Positions 43,385 through 53,202 of a DNA stretch of 64,000 nucleotides are shown here, piece by piece. The notes beneath the pieces were generated by a model, which had not been told where the DNA came from, did not search any database, and saw only the letters and a program-made list of their open reading frames with translations. The position numbers and the translations under genes were made by a program. Origin of the DNA: a virus (lineage: Duplodnaviria > Caudoviricetes); IMG/VR virus record IMGVR_UViG_3300046795_000082, positions 8,267-72,266 of that record, one strand, 5' to 3'. How positions within the stretch are numbered: position 1 is the stretch's first letter; each line of letters begins with the position of its first letter.

Positions 43385-45525
43385 TTCTTCGACTCGCTCA
43401 CGGTCGTGCGGCCGTCGGATTTCTCTTCCTGGTGTGGGGGTTCCTGGCCACTGGCCTTACGGCCGGCCGGGCTGACGGTTTGGCCGATCCCCATCATGGC
43501 CTGCGCCTGGAGGCGCTCGGTCACCGTGACCGGGACGCGCAGCTCCATGATCTGCCCCGACTGCGGGTCCATCTGGAAGGTGCGGCCGGAGGCAGGGTCG
43601 GTGTACTGCGGCAGCGGCATCGCGCCAGCGACCATCGCCTGCATCGCGCCGGGCGTCTGCTGCACCTGCTGCAGGATCTGCGGCATCACGTCTGGTGGGG
43701 GTGGCGAGAGTGGGGGCAGCGGCACGGCCGGCGGCGCACCGACGTTGGGGGTTTCCAGCGTCTCGTGCAGCGACCAGAAGTCGTAGTAGCCCATGCGCGA
43801 GAGCTGCACGCGCATCATCTTGCGCTCGGTGGCATCCATGGCCAGGACGCTGTTCGGGGCGACGACGAAGATGAACTGCTTGTGGAACCACTGCGCGCGC
43901 TCGTCGCGGGTGGTGGTCGTCGCGTCCAGCTCCGGCGTGTAGCCGGGCTGGCCAGGCATGAGCGCGGGCACGAAGTTGTCGGGGTCGAAGTCGAACTCGT
44001 CCAGCGTCTGGCCGCCGGTGCCGAGGACCTGCAGGCGCTTCTGCTTGGAGAGGAACTGGAAGTAGTTGATCTTCACCATCTCGCTGAAGTCGCGCAGGAA
44101 CAACTCGACCTGGCGAGCCTCGCTGCGAATCTCGGGGGTCAGGGCCTCGTAGTACTTCTGAATCGTGTCGGCCGCCGGCATCTGGCGCAGCTGCAGCAGG
44201 GCCGACAGGTTGGCGGTGCCCGAGAGGTCGGTAAACTTCTGGGTCAGCTTCTCCCACATCTCCAGCCCGAGCTGGATGATGCTGGGGTTGGGGCCGTCCT
44301 CCTTCTTCCACGGGTCGCCGAAGCCCGGCATGACCTTGACCCGCTTACCTGGACGGCGCGGGTCCATCAGCTTCATGGTCGACTCGCTGACGGCGTTTCT
44401 GTTGTAGACGACGTCGGGGTTCAGCCACTGCTGCATCGCCAGGCGCACGTCCTGGACGGTGTCGTTGATAGCGTCCTGGAGCGGCAGGAGGTCGTTGAAG
44501 AGGGGGATGCCCAGGAACTGCCAGGGGACGCTCCAGAGCTTCATACGGCAGAAGGGATACATCCCGTGCCAGTAGGTGTTGGGGCCGTCGTAGATGACCG
44601 CGTCGTCGGTGGCGACCAGGAGGCGCCCGCGGGGGTAGAGCGGCTCGTTGGGCTGCGCCACGTAGGCCCAGTTGCTGCCGGGCGTACCCATCGTGATCGG
44701 GCGGGCGGTCAGATTGCGCGTGCGGTCGCGGAAGTAGGCGCGGTAGAGCACCAGGGCGCCCGCCCGGGCCTTTCTGACCGTCCCTGCGCTGCCCCCGAAG
44801 GCGATCGAGTCCAGGGGGTCAGCCGGAGTAATCAGGCGGCTCAGGCCGGTCCTGAAGCGCCCCATGACGCGTCCCAGCATGGTGTCTGAGGCCGGGCGGA
44901 AGAGCGTCGCCTTGGTTGGGTACATGCCACGCAGGACGTTGACCGTGTGCTCCTCGCGGAAGCAGACCCCTTCCCAGGTCTGGACCGAGCGGCCGAAGCT
45001 GGGCCTGAGCGGCAGGGTGTCGCGCGGGTCGCGCGCGGACAGCTCGTGCGCGCCGCCCATCGGGACGTGGGGATCCCAGTCGATGACCAGGTCGCCCGTC
45101 CCTCCAGCGAGCGAGTACTTGACACAGTCCCCCAAATCCAAATCCATCATCCGGGTAATCCACTCGGCCATCAACAGCTGGTTGAGCATGTTGGCCTGGA
45201 GCTGGTACTCGGGGTTGGTCTTCCAGCCGGCGACCGGCTTGAGGTCGGTGATGGCGCTGACGTGCGCCTGCATCGCTTTCCGGGTCTCGTTGATCGTGAC
45301 CTGGGGGAGGTATTTGAGCTTGCAGCGCTCGGCCGAGAGCTGCTCGCCGACGATGTAGGCCTGGGCCCGGCTGATCATGTCGTAGCTCGGGTCCTGGCGA
45401 TTGATCGCGTCGCCCTCCTGGACCCACTCGCGCAGCCAGTTGAGGACGCGCGGGTCGCCGTGCAGGAGACTCTCCGCGGTGGTCCGCGGCAGGTCGAGGA
45501 CGCCGGATTGCGAGAAGTCAGCCAT
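43381..45525 (-). CDS. Portal protein
   Basis: 714 aa helical protein upstream of scaffold/capsid; YPFCR...GIP...DLLPLQDAIN pattern. Confidence 0.8.
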   Translation of the reverse strand: MADFSQSGVLDLPRTTAESLLHGDPRVLNWLREWVQEGDAINRQDPSYDMISRAQAYIVGEQLSAERCKLKYLPQVTINETRKAMQAHVSAITDLKPVAGWKTNPEYQLQANMLNQLLMAEWITRMMDLDLGDCVKYSLAGGTGDLVIDWDPHVPMGGAHELSARDPRDTLPLRPSFGRSVQTWEGVCFREEHTVNVLRGMYPTKATLFRPASDTMLGRVMGRFRTGLSRLITPADPLDSIAFGGSAGTVRKARAGALVLYRAYFRDRTRNLTARPITMGTPGSNWAYVAQPNEPLYPRGRLLVATDDAVIYDGPNTYWHGMYPFCRMKLWSVPWQFLGIPLFNDLLPLQDAINDTVQDVRLAMQQWLNPDVVYNRNAVSESTMKLMDPRRPGKRVKVMPGFGDPWKKEDGPNPSIIQLGLEMWEKLTQKFTDLSGTANLSALLQLRQMPAADTIQKYYEALTPEIRSEARQVELFLRDFSEMVKINYFQFLSKQKRLQVLGTGGQTLDEFDFDPDNFVPALMPGQPGYTPELDATTTTRDERAQWFHKQFIFVVAPNSVLAMDATERKMMRVQLSRMGYYDFWSLHETLETPNVGAPPAVPLPPLSPPPPDVMPQILQQVQQTPGAMQAMVAGAMPLPQYTDPASGRTFQMDPQSGQIMELRVPVTVTERLQAQAMMGIGQTVSPAGRKASGQEPPHQEEKSDGRTTVSESKK

Positions 45526-45528
45526 GGT

Positions 45529-45726
45529 TCAGGCCCACGGCGGCGTCGGGGTCGGCCCCCAGACGATGTAGATCAGCGCCAGCAGGCCGATGACGGCGCG
45601 CAGGACGAGCGCCATGTCGCCGGACGGGGTCGGCAGGCCGAGCAGCCGCAGCACTGGCGGCAGCAGCCAGAAGAGCACGGCCACGACGAAGACGGCAACC
45701 AGGACGCGCCACAACACCGCTTTCAT
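45529..45726 (-). CDS. Two-TM membrane protein (holin candidate)
   Basis: 65 aa, two hydrophobic helices, GGAGG RBS. Confidence 0.45.
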   Translation of the reverse strand: MKAVLWRVLVAVFVVAVLFWLLPPVLRLLGLPTPSGDMALVLRAVIGLLALIYIVWGPTPTPPWA

Positions 45727-46226
45727 GTCCCCTCCTCACGCGTGTGCAGGTGATCGAGGCCCGTCGGCGTCGAGTCGTCGACCCCAGGCCCGTACTCGAC
45801 ATCCGGTTCCACGGCAGACTTGCGGAGCGAGGCGCCGAATTTCTTGGCGTAGGCGGGGTCGGGCTGCTCGCCGCCCTGCCACTTCGGCTGGATGGTGTGG
45901 ACGTCCTGGTTGCTCTTGTCCTGAGACCAGCGGCGCCAGACGACTGGCTGCCCTTCGCCGTCCCGGAAGCGCTGCTCGCTGTCGCGCTCGATGTCCCGGA
46001 GCTTCTTCAGGCTGTCGACGGTGACGGGGTTGTTCATCCCGTCGAAGGTGTCGAACGCTTCGAAGCCCGGACCACAGGCGGCGTCCATCCGTCCGACCTG
46101 GGGGATCCAGTTGGTCTTGCGCCCACAGTGCTCGGGGGCGCCCTTCTGGGCGCCTATCGTCGCGGGTACCGCGACGTCGACCAGGACCTGGCCGCAGACC
46201 TGACACCAGAAATCGTGTAGCGCCAT
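45723..46226 (-). CDS. FmdB-like Zn-ribbon protein
   Basis: HDFWCQVCG...HCG. Confidence 0.6.
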   Translation of the reverse strand: MALHDFWCQVCGQVLVDVAVPATIGAQKGAPEHCGRKTNWIPQVGRMDAACGPGFEAFDTFDGMNNPVTVDSLKKLRDIERDSEQRFRDGEGQPVVWRRWSQDKSNQDVHTIQPKWQGGEQPDPAYAKKFGASLRKSAVEPDVEYGPGVDDSTPTGLDHLHTREEGT

Positions 46227-46327
46227 CAGCGTTCTCCCCACGCGCGTGCGATGACGTAGATCAGCCACGCGAACACCAGGCCGACGATGACGATGGCCTG
46301 GCCGATCGAGATGTCAGGAAGGGTCAT
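46226..46327 (-). CDS. Small membrane protein (33 aa)
   Basis: TGATG coupling both sides, one TM helix. Confidence 0.5.
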   Translation of the reverse strand: MTLPDISIGQAIVIVGLVFAWLIYVIARAWGER

Positions 46328-46662
46328 CACGCCACCAGCACCGTCACGAGCACGCCGTCTCCCCCGTTGTCGACGTCGACCCAGAAGTCCGCCACGTTGA
46401 TCGCGTTGGGCGCCAGGGTGAGCGCCGTCGAGAAGGTCGGCAGCGCCGAGCCCGCAGGGACCGCCAGGATCGCGTAGAGGCCCGTGAAGGCGAAGCGGTT
46501 GAGGGTCTGCGTGCCGATGTAGACCCGGCCGGTGTTGGTCGGCAGCGCCTGGAACATCACGCCGTGGACGGCGAGGCGACTGTCGGGCGCCGCGATGATG
46601 TTCTGCGTCGCGCGCACCGGCGTGCCAGGGGTCGGGAGGAGCTTGCCAAGCGATTGAATCAT
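46327..46662 (-). CDS. Small virion protein
   Basis: QALPTNTGRVYIG motif, operon position. Confidence 0.55.
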   Translation of the reverse strand: MIQSLGKLLPTPGTPVRATQNIIAAPDSRLAVHGVMFQALPTNTGRVYIGTQTLNRFAFTGLYAILAVPAGSALPTFSTALTLAPNAINVADFWVDVDNGGDGVLVTVLVA

Positions 46663-46860
46663 CTAGAGGCTCCAGCTATCGCCGAGCACGACGCCGGACC
46701 AGGGCGTCCCGAGCTTCGCGTCGGGTGGGCCTTCGCCGCCGCCGCTCGGGCCCTCACGCGTGTCCAGGAGGACGTATCCGCTCAGGTCCTCCAGCCACAC
46801 CCAGCCGCCAGCCTCCTGAAGGAGCCGATCCACGACGACCACCGGCAGCAGCTCACTCAC
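46663..46860 (-). CDS. Hypothetical protein
   Basis: GTG 46860 overlapping upstream stop. Confidence 0.45.
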   Translation of the reverse strand: MSELLPVVVVDRLLQEAGGWVWLEDLSGYVLLDTREGPSGGGEGPPDAKLGTPWSGVVLGDSWSL

Positions 46861-47231
46861 GCAGCACCCACCAGCGGCGGGAACCCGGCGGCGGCGGCGA
46901 GGGCATCCCAATCGGTCGCGAGTTGCGACAGGAGATCGGGATCGCCCGCGGCGGTGACGACCTGACCGGTCTGCATCGGAAAGTCGTAGACGTGCGTCGT
47001 GTCGAAATTCATCACGTTGGGCCGGAAGACGAAGCTCGGGAGGATCACCGTGAGTTCCAGGTCGAGTTGCCGGATGACCTGTTGGGCGTAGTCGACGCGG
47101 TTCGCGTGGTTCAAGGTGTTGAGATCTTCGTTCAGTACTTGCCACGCCACGGTGGAGAACGCGCCGCGCACCCGGCGCCGGAAGCGTTCATCGGCCGCGA
47201 GGGCGGCTTGCGTGTAGGTGTCGTTGGGCAT
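46857..47231 (-). CDS. Hypothetical protein downstream of tail fibre
   Basis: ATG 47231 after GGGAG. Confidence 0.55.
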   Translation of the reverse strand: MPNDTYTQAALAADERFRRRVRGAFSTVAWQVLNEDLNTLNHANRVDYAQQVIRQLDLELTVILPSFVFRPNVMNFDTTHVYDFPMQTGQVVTAAGDPDLLSQLATDWDALAAAAGFPPLVGAA

Positions 47232-47247
47232 CAGGCGCTCCCGTGTG

Positions 47248-48627
47248 TCAGATGAAGTAGAACCCGTGGAGCCGAATGATCGCCGTCGCCGCGACTGCGG
47301 TGCAGGCGATGGTGTTCGCCACCGCCCCGCTCCCGACCGCCGCGAGCACAATCGTGGTCGTGCCAGGGTTCGCGACCGCGGTGAACTGCGTGCAGCCCGC
47401 GGGCTGCGTCACGCCACTGATATAGGTGATGTCGAAGCCGGACTGTGCCGTGCCCCCGACGGTATAGGGCAGGCCGGTAATCAGGGCGATCCCGGCGGCG
47501 CCACCCGTCGAGGTGAGCGTGATGTCGACCGTGAAGTGGACGAGTTTTTTGATCTTCAGATAGGAGCCGTTGCGGGTGGAATATGTCGCGGTGCCAGCGG
47601 TCGTCGATCCGCTGAAGGTCGGCGTCCAAGCGGTCGTCGGGACGTAGTCGAGTTCTTGCTGCACGAACGCGGTCGATGCGGCTTGCGTGGTGTTCGTCGC
47701 GGCGGCGGCGGTCGGCACGGTCGGCGTGCCGGTCAGCGCGGGCGAGGCAAGCGGCGCGAAACTCGTCGCGACGAAGGACGTCGTGGCGACCTCTGTCGTA
47801 TTCGTACCCGGTGCCGGTGTCGGGGCCACGAGCTTGGTCGCCACGGTGACGACGCCAGCGTTGTCGATCCGCAGTCGCTCGACGCCAACCAGCGACCCGT
47901 CCGGCGTGGTCGTAATCGTAAACAGGCCCGGCATACTGCTCGCGGACACCGTGCCATCGACACTCGCCGTGAGTTGGACCCCGCCACCGAAGACGCTTCC
48001 GCCGGTATCACCCATAAAACTCAGCGTCCCGAACGAGTCTCCATTGACAAGGGCGCTACCGCCGCGCGTATGCCGCCACAGGCTGTTAGGACCACCGACG
48101 CCGACCGTCGTCCGCTCAACGATCTGTCGCGAGGCCCCCGGCGTGCTGCCAGTCAACAGGAACCGATCCGTGCCCGGTGTCGCGGTGCCGAGCGCAAGAT
48201 TCCCGCTGACACAGAGTGACGGGGATGCGCTCGTCACGCGCATAACTTCCGTCGCGCCGTTGGTGCCGACCCCGACGATGACATCGGCCCCGGTCGTACC
48301 TGCACCGGATGTCGGCTTCAGGGTCAGCGTCGAAGTGGTGCCTGTCCCGCCGACCACCGTCGGCGCGGTGATCGAGGTCACGGCCGGATTCGCACTGTAG
48401 GTCGAAGGCGCGCCGCCGGCGAGGACCGTGCCGACCGCCCCGGTCGCGAGGGTGTCGGACACCGTCACATCCCCAGTGCCGGTGTCCGCACCCGTCGAAG
48501 ACAGCGTGACCCCGGCGCCCGCCACGATCTTCGCGACGACGGCCTGCCCCGCCGTGGCGGTATTGAGATCATCGCGCCCGATGGTGGCGTCCTTGATCTG
48601 GGCGCTGCGGACTTCGGTGCGGGCCAT
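47248..48627 (-). CDS. Tail fibre-like protein
   Basis: Thr/Gly/Ala-rich; FAPLASPALTGTPTVPTA...STAFVQ fibre motif; ERLRIDNAG. Confidence 0.75.
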   Translation of the reverse strand: MARTEVRSAQIKDATIGRDDLNTATAGQAVVAKIVAGAGVTLSSTGADTGTGDVTVSDTLATGAVGTVLAGGAPSTYSANPAVTSITAPTVVGGTGTTSTLTLKPTSGAGTTGADVIVGVGTNGATEVMRVTSASPSLCVSGNLALGTATPGTDRFLLTGSTPGASRQIVERTTVGVGGPNSLWRHTRGGSALVNGDSFGTLSFMGDTGGSVFGGGVQLTASVDGTVSASSMPGLFTITTTPDGSLVGVERLRIDNAGVVTVATKLVAPTPAPGTNTTEVATTSFVATSFAPLASPALTGTPTVPTAAAATNTTQAASTAFVQQELDYVPTTAWTPTFSGSTTAGTATYSTRNGSYLKIKKLVHFTVDITLTSTGGAAGIALITGLPYTVGGTAQSGFDITYISGVTQPAGCTQFTAVANPGTTTIVLAAVGSGAVANTIACTAVAATAIIRLHGFYFI

Positions 48628-48630
48628 GAC

Positions 48631-49602
48631 TCAGATCAGGTAGTTCACGCGCAGCCGGTCGGTCGCCGCCGGAGCCGCCAGGTAGGTGATCGTGGCGCCG
48701 GCAATGGTGTAGTCGTTCCCCGCGCCCGGCTCCTGCAAGAGGCCGTTCAGGAAGACCTGCTCACTGCTCACCACCGGTGTGTTCGCCAGCGTGAAGACGG
48801 TGTTCGATCCGTTCAGCGTGCCGGCGGGCGTCTCGCGCGTGATGAACTTCGCGGTGTTGACCTTCAGGCCGAGCGCCGAAACCGTGATGCTGGTCCCATC
48901 GAGCGCGACCTGCATCTTCTTCGGCGTGCTCGCGTCGAACTTGAGGCCCGCGCTGGTGTCGATGTTCGCGCTGACCAGGTCCGCCGCCACGGTGAGGCCG
49001 TCGCCGCCGATGAGGTCCAGCGTGTTGCCCGTCTTGGTCAGGCCCGCGCCCGCGACGACGGTGCCCGCCCCGGAGAACTGCGTGAAGGTCAGGGGCGTGG
49101 TCCCGAGCACGATCGGATTGGGCGTGGTCAGGACATAGCCGTTACCCGCCCCCGCCGTCCCTTCTTCCACAAACGTGAACAGGCCGGCGGTCACGTCCGC
49201 CGATACGTCCGCGTCCGTCGCGCGTTGCCACGCCCCTGTCGCGACCGTGTAGATGCCGTTGTCCTGCGCTGCGGTCTGGGCTTTGACGAGCACGCGGTCT
49301 CCGGCGATGAGTGTCACGCCGTCGATGGTCTGGGCGGCGGTCAGTGTGATGTTGGCCGTCGTTGCCGCTCGTACCGAGGCCTTGACATCGAGACCTTGCG
49401 CGGCGGCATCGACATACGCCTTGGTCGCTGCATCCTGGGCAGCGGTCGGGTTCAGGACGTTGGTCAGGGCGAACCCGCCCATCGACTGCGTGCCGGTGTG
49501 GGGGTTGGTGCCGGCGGCGACGATCACCGTGGCGTTGACTTCGGTCGCTGTGACCGACCCGGCAAGAATCTGGGTGGTGCCGCGAATCCTCGTATTGGCC
49601 AT
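48631..49602 (-). CDS. Fibre/decoration-like virion protein
   Basis: DAATKAYVD, GLDVKASVRAATT...GDRVLVK...NGIY; C-terminal QVFLNGLLQ domain. Confidence 0.7.
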   Translation of the reverse strand: MANTRIRGTTQILAGSVTATEVNATVIVAAGTNPHTGTQSMGGFALTNVLNPTAAQDAATKAYVDAAAQGLDVKASVRAATTANITLTAAQTIDGVTLIAGDRVLVKAQTAAQDNGIYTVATGAWQRATDADVSADVTAGLFTFVEEGTAGAGNGYVLTTPNPIVLGTTPLTFTQFSGAGTVVAGAGLTKTGNTLDLIGGDGLTVAADLVSANIDTSAGLKFDASTPKKMQVALDGTSITVSALGLKVNTAKFITRETPAGTLNGSNTVFTLANTPVVSSEQVFLNGLLQEPGAGNDYTIAGATITYLAAPAATDRLRVNYLI

Positions 49603-49604
49603 GG

Positions 49605-50390
49605 CTAAGTCCTCTGGTAAGTGACCAGCACCCGATCCCCCGAGAGGGGCGGCATCAGGAACGTCACACTCGCGCCACTGATGCTGTAGTCGATGCCGCG
49701 CGCGTCCTGCAGGAGCCCGTTGAGAAACACCTGCTCGGTGTCGGCGACGGGCGGGTTCGTCAGCGTGAACGTGGAGTTACTCCCGTCGACGGGGCCGGTC
49801 GGGACCTCGCGCACGGCGAGGCCGAACGCCGCGCCTGTGACCACCAGCATCATGGTCGCTTGATTGTTCAGGAGCGCGCCGCCGCTGCTGACCCACGCGA
49901 CGGGGAGTTCGATATAGGTCGTCTTGTCGACCGTTGCCGACGTGGTCGTGAACTTCGCAAACAGCGTGGAGTCGTTCTTGTCCTGGAAGTAGATGGTGGA
50001 CCCAGACGGGACGAGCAGGAGGTAGGCGTGGACATCGCTCCCGCCGGTCGTGATGTTGCGGACCCACACGCGTGTCACCGCGGTGTAGGGGAACGCCGCG
50101 TCGAATCGCACCTGATTGCTGGTCGGCGGTTCGACGGTCGTCGTCGAGAAGTCGAAGGGCAAGGGGGTGGCGCCGCTCCCGGTGGGGCCGGTCGCGCCCG
50201 TCGGTCCGGGGTCCCCCTGGGGTCCCTGGGGGCCGGCGGGGCCGGGGATGCCCGCGGCGAGCGCGGTCACCTGGCTGACCAACGCTTTCTTGGTGTCCGG
50301 CGTGCCGCCCGGGTCGTCGACGATGAGCAGCAGGTCGGTCAGCTCGACGACGTCGATCGGGTCGAGCTGGGTGACCTTCTTGTCAGCCAC
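49605..50390 (-). CDS. Collagen-repeat fibre-like virion protein
   Basis: GPAGPQGPQGDPGPTGATGP; same C-terminal QVFLNGLLQ domain. Confidence 0.7.
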   Translation of the reverse strand: MADKKVTQLDPIDVVELTDLLLIVDDPGGTPDTKKALVSQVTALAAGIPGPAGPQGPQGDPGPTGATGPTGSGATPLPFDFSTTTVEPPTSNQVRFDAAFPYTAVTRVWVRNITTGGSDVHAYLLLVPSGSTIYFQDKNDSTLFAKFTTTSATVDKTTYIELPVAWVSSGGALLNNQATMMLVVTGAAFGLAVREVPTGPVDGSNSTFTLTNPPVADTEQVFLNGLLQDARGIDYSISGASVTFLMPPLSGDRVLVTYQRT

Positions 50391-50580
50391 GGCGGGTCGG
50401 CTCCCACGGGCACGCGAGGAAGACCCCCAGCCGCACCAGCCGCTGACCCCACCGACGGAGCCGGCCCAGGATACGCGCGCGCAGGGTGCGCCGGTCCGGC
50501 GGGCAGTTGAGGAACAGGAGTGGTGCGTCGCCGAGGTGCGGCTGGTCCTGCACGCTGAGCGGCGTCGCGGCGGGCCACAT
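50383..50580 (-). CDS. Hypothetical protein
   Basis: Fills the gap exactly; weak coding signal. Confidence 0.4.
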   Translation of the reverse strand: MWPAATPLSVQDQPHLGDAPLLFLNCPPDRRTLRARILGRLRRWGQRLVRLGVFLACPWEPTRRG

Positions 50581-50582
50581 CG

Positions 50583-50990
50583 CTAGCCGCCTTTGTGGAA
50601 CAGCTCGTCTTCGATGCGGTCGACCACGGCCTTCATCTCGGCTTCGACTGTGCGGCCGCGCTTCATGGCGCGGTGCTGCAGCTCGGCGACCTGGCCGGGG
50701 GTGAAGGGAATGCGGATGTCGCCGACTTTGATGGACGCCAGGCGCTCGATGGCCTTGACCAGGTCGGGGCCGGAGCGGGTCGAGCCGAAGCCGGTGGTCA
50801 CCTCGATGGCGTCGCAGTCGGCTGGCGAGAGGAGCAGGCCGGGGACCGGGGCCGGTGTCGCCAGGGTCTGGAGCTGGTCTAGAAGGGCCCGGATCTGCGT
50901 CAGGATGGCGTCAGGCGCGCGACCGGTCGTCGAAGTAGAGGCCGGCCGGGTCGCTGTCGGTAACGCTCCAGGGGTCGTCGTCGGGGTCAT
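50583..50990 (-). CDS. Hypothetical protein
   Basis: ORF track, overlaps end of terminase gene. Confidence 0.55.
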   Translation of the reverse strand: MTPTTTPGALPTATRPASTSTTGRAPDAILTQIRALLDQLQTLATPAPVPGLLLSPADCDAIEVTTGFGSTRSGPDLVKAIERLASIKVGDIRIPFTPGQVAELQHRAMKRGRTVEAEMKAVVDRIEDELFHKGG

Positions 50991-53199
50991 GCCGGTGCTC
51001 TCCTTCCAGCTCCGCGGCTTCCTCGCTGGTGGCTGGACTGTTGCGCCAGTCGAGACGGGACAGGGGGCGGTCCTTGCTGAGCGCGTCGAGGGCCACTTTG
51101 CGGCGCCGCCGCTCGGCGACTGGTTCGATCTCGCCTCCCGCCATGCGCCAGGCCACGTAGTAGCCGATGGCGGCGGCCATCACCGCGTCGTCGTGCTGGC
51201 CGCGGGCCGCCTCGGCCTCGCCGATTGTGGAGGCCGTCACGAAGTGGCGCAACTCCCCCCGAGTAATCGGGGAGTTCAGGACCAGCTCGGGCTGGTGGGT
51301 GATCGGGTCGAAGGCGGTGATGGCGCCGTGGAAGCTGGCCAGGAGCAGGGGCCGGGTGCGCGGGCTGGTGACCCAGCCGATGCGCGTCGAGTAGCGGCGC
51401 TCGGGCGACGCGGCGTCGGCGTATTCCCAGACATAGAAGTAGCTGTAGCCGAGGTGCAGCTGCAGGGTGTCCTGGGTGGCCAGGCCGTGGCTGTTGGTCT
51501 CGATGGCGGCCATGGCTTCGACCCCGTCGCTGTCGCTGTAGTAGCGGCCGATGGCGTCGCAGACGAAGGCCAGGGCCTTGGGGTCCAGGGCGTTGGTGCA
51601 GTACTGGGCGACCTGCTCGGCCGGGTCTTCGATGGTCGGCTGGCGAATGACGTCGATGACCGAGTAGTCCTGGAGGAGGCCGTCAGAGACATCGACGCTC
51701 ATCACGTAGCGGCGGGTGCCGCGGATGCGGGGGTATTCCCAGATCGCCAGGACGCCGCCGCGCAGGTTCTTCAGGCTGGCGAGCTGGTCTTTGGGCAGGC
51801 GCCGGAAGCCGTAGCCGGGCGGAACCGGGTTGGTCTCGTGCTGCAGGGCGCCCCCACGCGTGTGCAGGTGAGGAGCGACTGGCGGGACGACGCGCTTCGG
51901 TTGGATGTCGATGCTCGGGCTCTCGCGGCGCAGCTTGGCCACCTCGATGGCGGGCTCGACCGACCAGACGTCGAGGAGGGGCCGGCGGCTGCCGGCGCGG
52001 TCGATCTGCTCCAGCTGGTCGAGGGTGAAGATGCTGCGGCCGGCATACTGGAAGCACTCCAGGTCGTCGGCGGGGTACTCCTTCAGGAACTTGTGGAGGT
52101 AGCCCTTGCTCTCGTAGAAGCGGCGGGTCGACTCATACCAGTAGAGCTGGTCGCGGGAGAGGGTGACCGTGCGGCCAAACCACTTCGGGCTGTCGCGCTC
52201 GCACTTCTCGGCGTGGGCGGTGGTGGTGGTGGCGGGGGTCCAGTCGAGCGGGGCCGGCAGGGCGTATTTGCTCGGCTCGGCGCACCAGGGGATGAAGACG
52301 TTTCTGAAGCGACCGACGCCCTCGCCGCTGGCCAGCCAGTGCTGGTGCCACCAGTCGCCGGCAAACTCCGCGGTGGCTTCGTAGAGGACCAGGGTGTCAC
52401 GCGCGTAGGGGATGGCTGGCAGCAGGGCCGTATCGAGTTGCTCTGGGTTCTCCCAGGTCGGGAGTTCACTGATGTGGACACAGCTGTAGGTCTGACCGCG
52501 GCCGATTGAGCCCTTGCTGCCTTCCTGGCCGGAGACGGCCTGCAGCGCGCCGCGGGTCGACTTGCCCCAGGCGGTCTTGAGGAAGCATTGGTTGGCGAGG
52601 GACAGCTCGCGGTTCTTGTTGAAGTAGACCCGGGCGGGCTTGAGGAACCAGGGCAGCTGGTCGTAGATGCGGACGACCATGCGGAAGAGATACCCGGCCT
52701 GTTCCTCGACGTCGGCGCCAGAGAGGGCGCGCACGTGGGTCCGCGTGACCAGGCGATGGGCGACCAGGGCTTCGGCGAGGGTCGAGACGCCGAGCTGTCT
52801 GGCCTTGAGGATGTTCAGGAGCAGGCCGTCCTTGCGCTGGCCACTGGCGCCTTCCTTCTCCAGGCGCGCGAGCTGGTCGAGAACCAGCTGCTGCGACTCC
52901 CAGAGGGGGGTCAGGCGGCGCAGGCCGTGGCCTTCCATGTCGATCCAGCAGAAGCGCTCAGCGAAGTAGGGGAAGTCGAAGATGACGCGCAGGCGGCTGG
53001 CGGCGACGAAGCGCTGCTCGTCGTGGGTCAGGGGGCGGGTGGGCTGCCCCTCGTCATCGACCGCCTGCATGACTTGACTGGTCAGCGCGGCGCTGTCGTC
53101 GACACTGTAGCGGGTCAGGCCCTTCGGGAAGAGGGTCCTGAAGGTCGGCTGGGCGAGGAGGGTGGCTTCGTCCTGGGCAATCAGGTCGGGGTGGTACAC
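50911..53199 (-). CDS. terL: Terminase large subunit
   Basis: LKARQLGVST Walker A, HISE Walker B, RNase H SVDVSDG and HDDAVMA. Confidence 0.92.
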   Translation of the reverse strand: MYHPDLIAQDEATLLAQPTFRTLFPKGLTRYSVDDSAALTSQVMQAVDDEGQPTRPLTHDEQRFVAASRLRVIFDFPYFAERFCWIDMEGHGLRRLTPLWESQQLVLDQLARLEKEGASGQRKDGLLLNILKARQLGVSTLAEALVAHRLVTRTHVRALSGADVEEQAGYLFRMVVRIYDQLPWFLKPARVYFNKNRELSLANQCFLKTAWGKSTRGALQAVSGQEGSKGSIGRGQTYSCVHISELPTWENPEQLDTALLPAIPYARDTLVLYEATAEFAGDWWHQHWLASGEGVGRFRNVFIPWCAEPSKYALPAPLDWTPATTTTAHAEKCERDSPKWFGRTVTLSRDQLYWYESTRRFYESKGYLHKFLKEYPADDLECFQYAGRSIFTLDQLEQIDRAGSRRPLLDVWSVEPAIEVAKLRRESPSIDIQPKRVVPPVAPHLHTRGGALQHETNPVPPGYGFRRLPKDQLASLKNLRGGVLAIWEYPRIRGTRRYVMSVDVSDGLLQDYSVIDVIRQPTIEDPAEQVAQYCTNALDPKALAFVCDAIGRYYSDSDGVEAMAAIETNSHGLATQDTLQLHLGYSYFYVWEYADAASPERRYSTRIGWVTSPRTRPLLLASFHGAITAFDPITHQPELVLNSPITRGELRHFVTASTIGEAEAARGQHDDAVMAAAIGYYVAWRMAGGEIEPVAERRRRKVALDALSKDRPLSRLDWRNSPATSEEAAELEGEHRHDPDDDPWSVTDSDPAGLYFDDRSRA

Positions 53200-53202
53200 G
53201 GC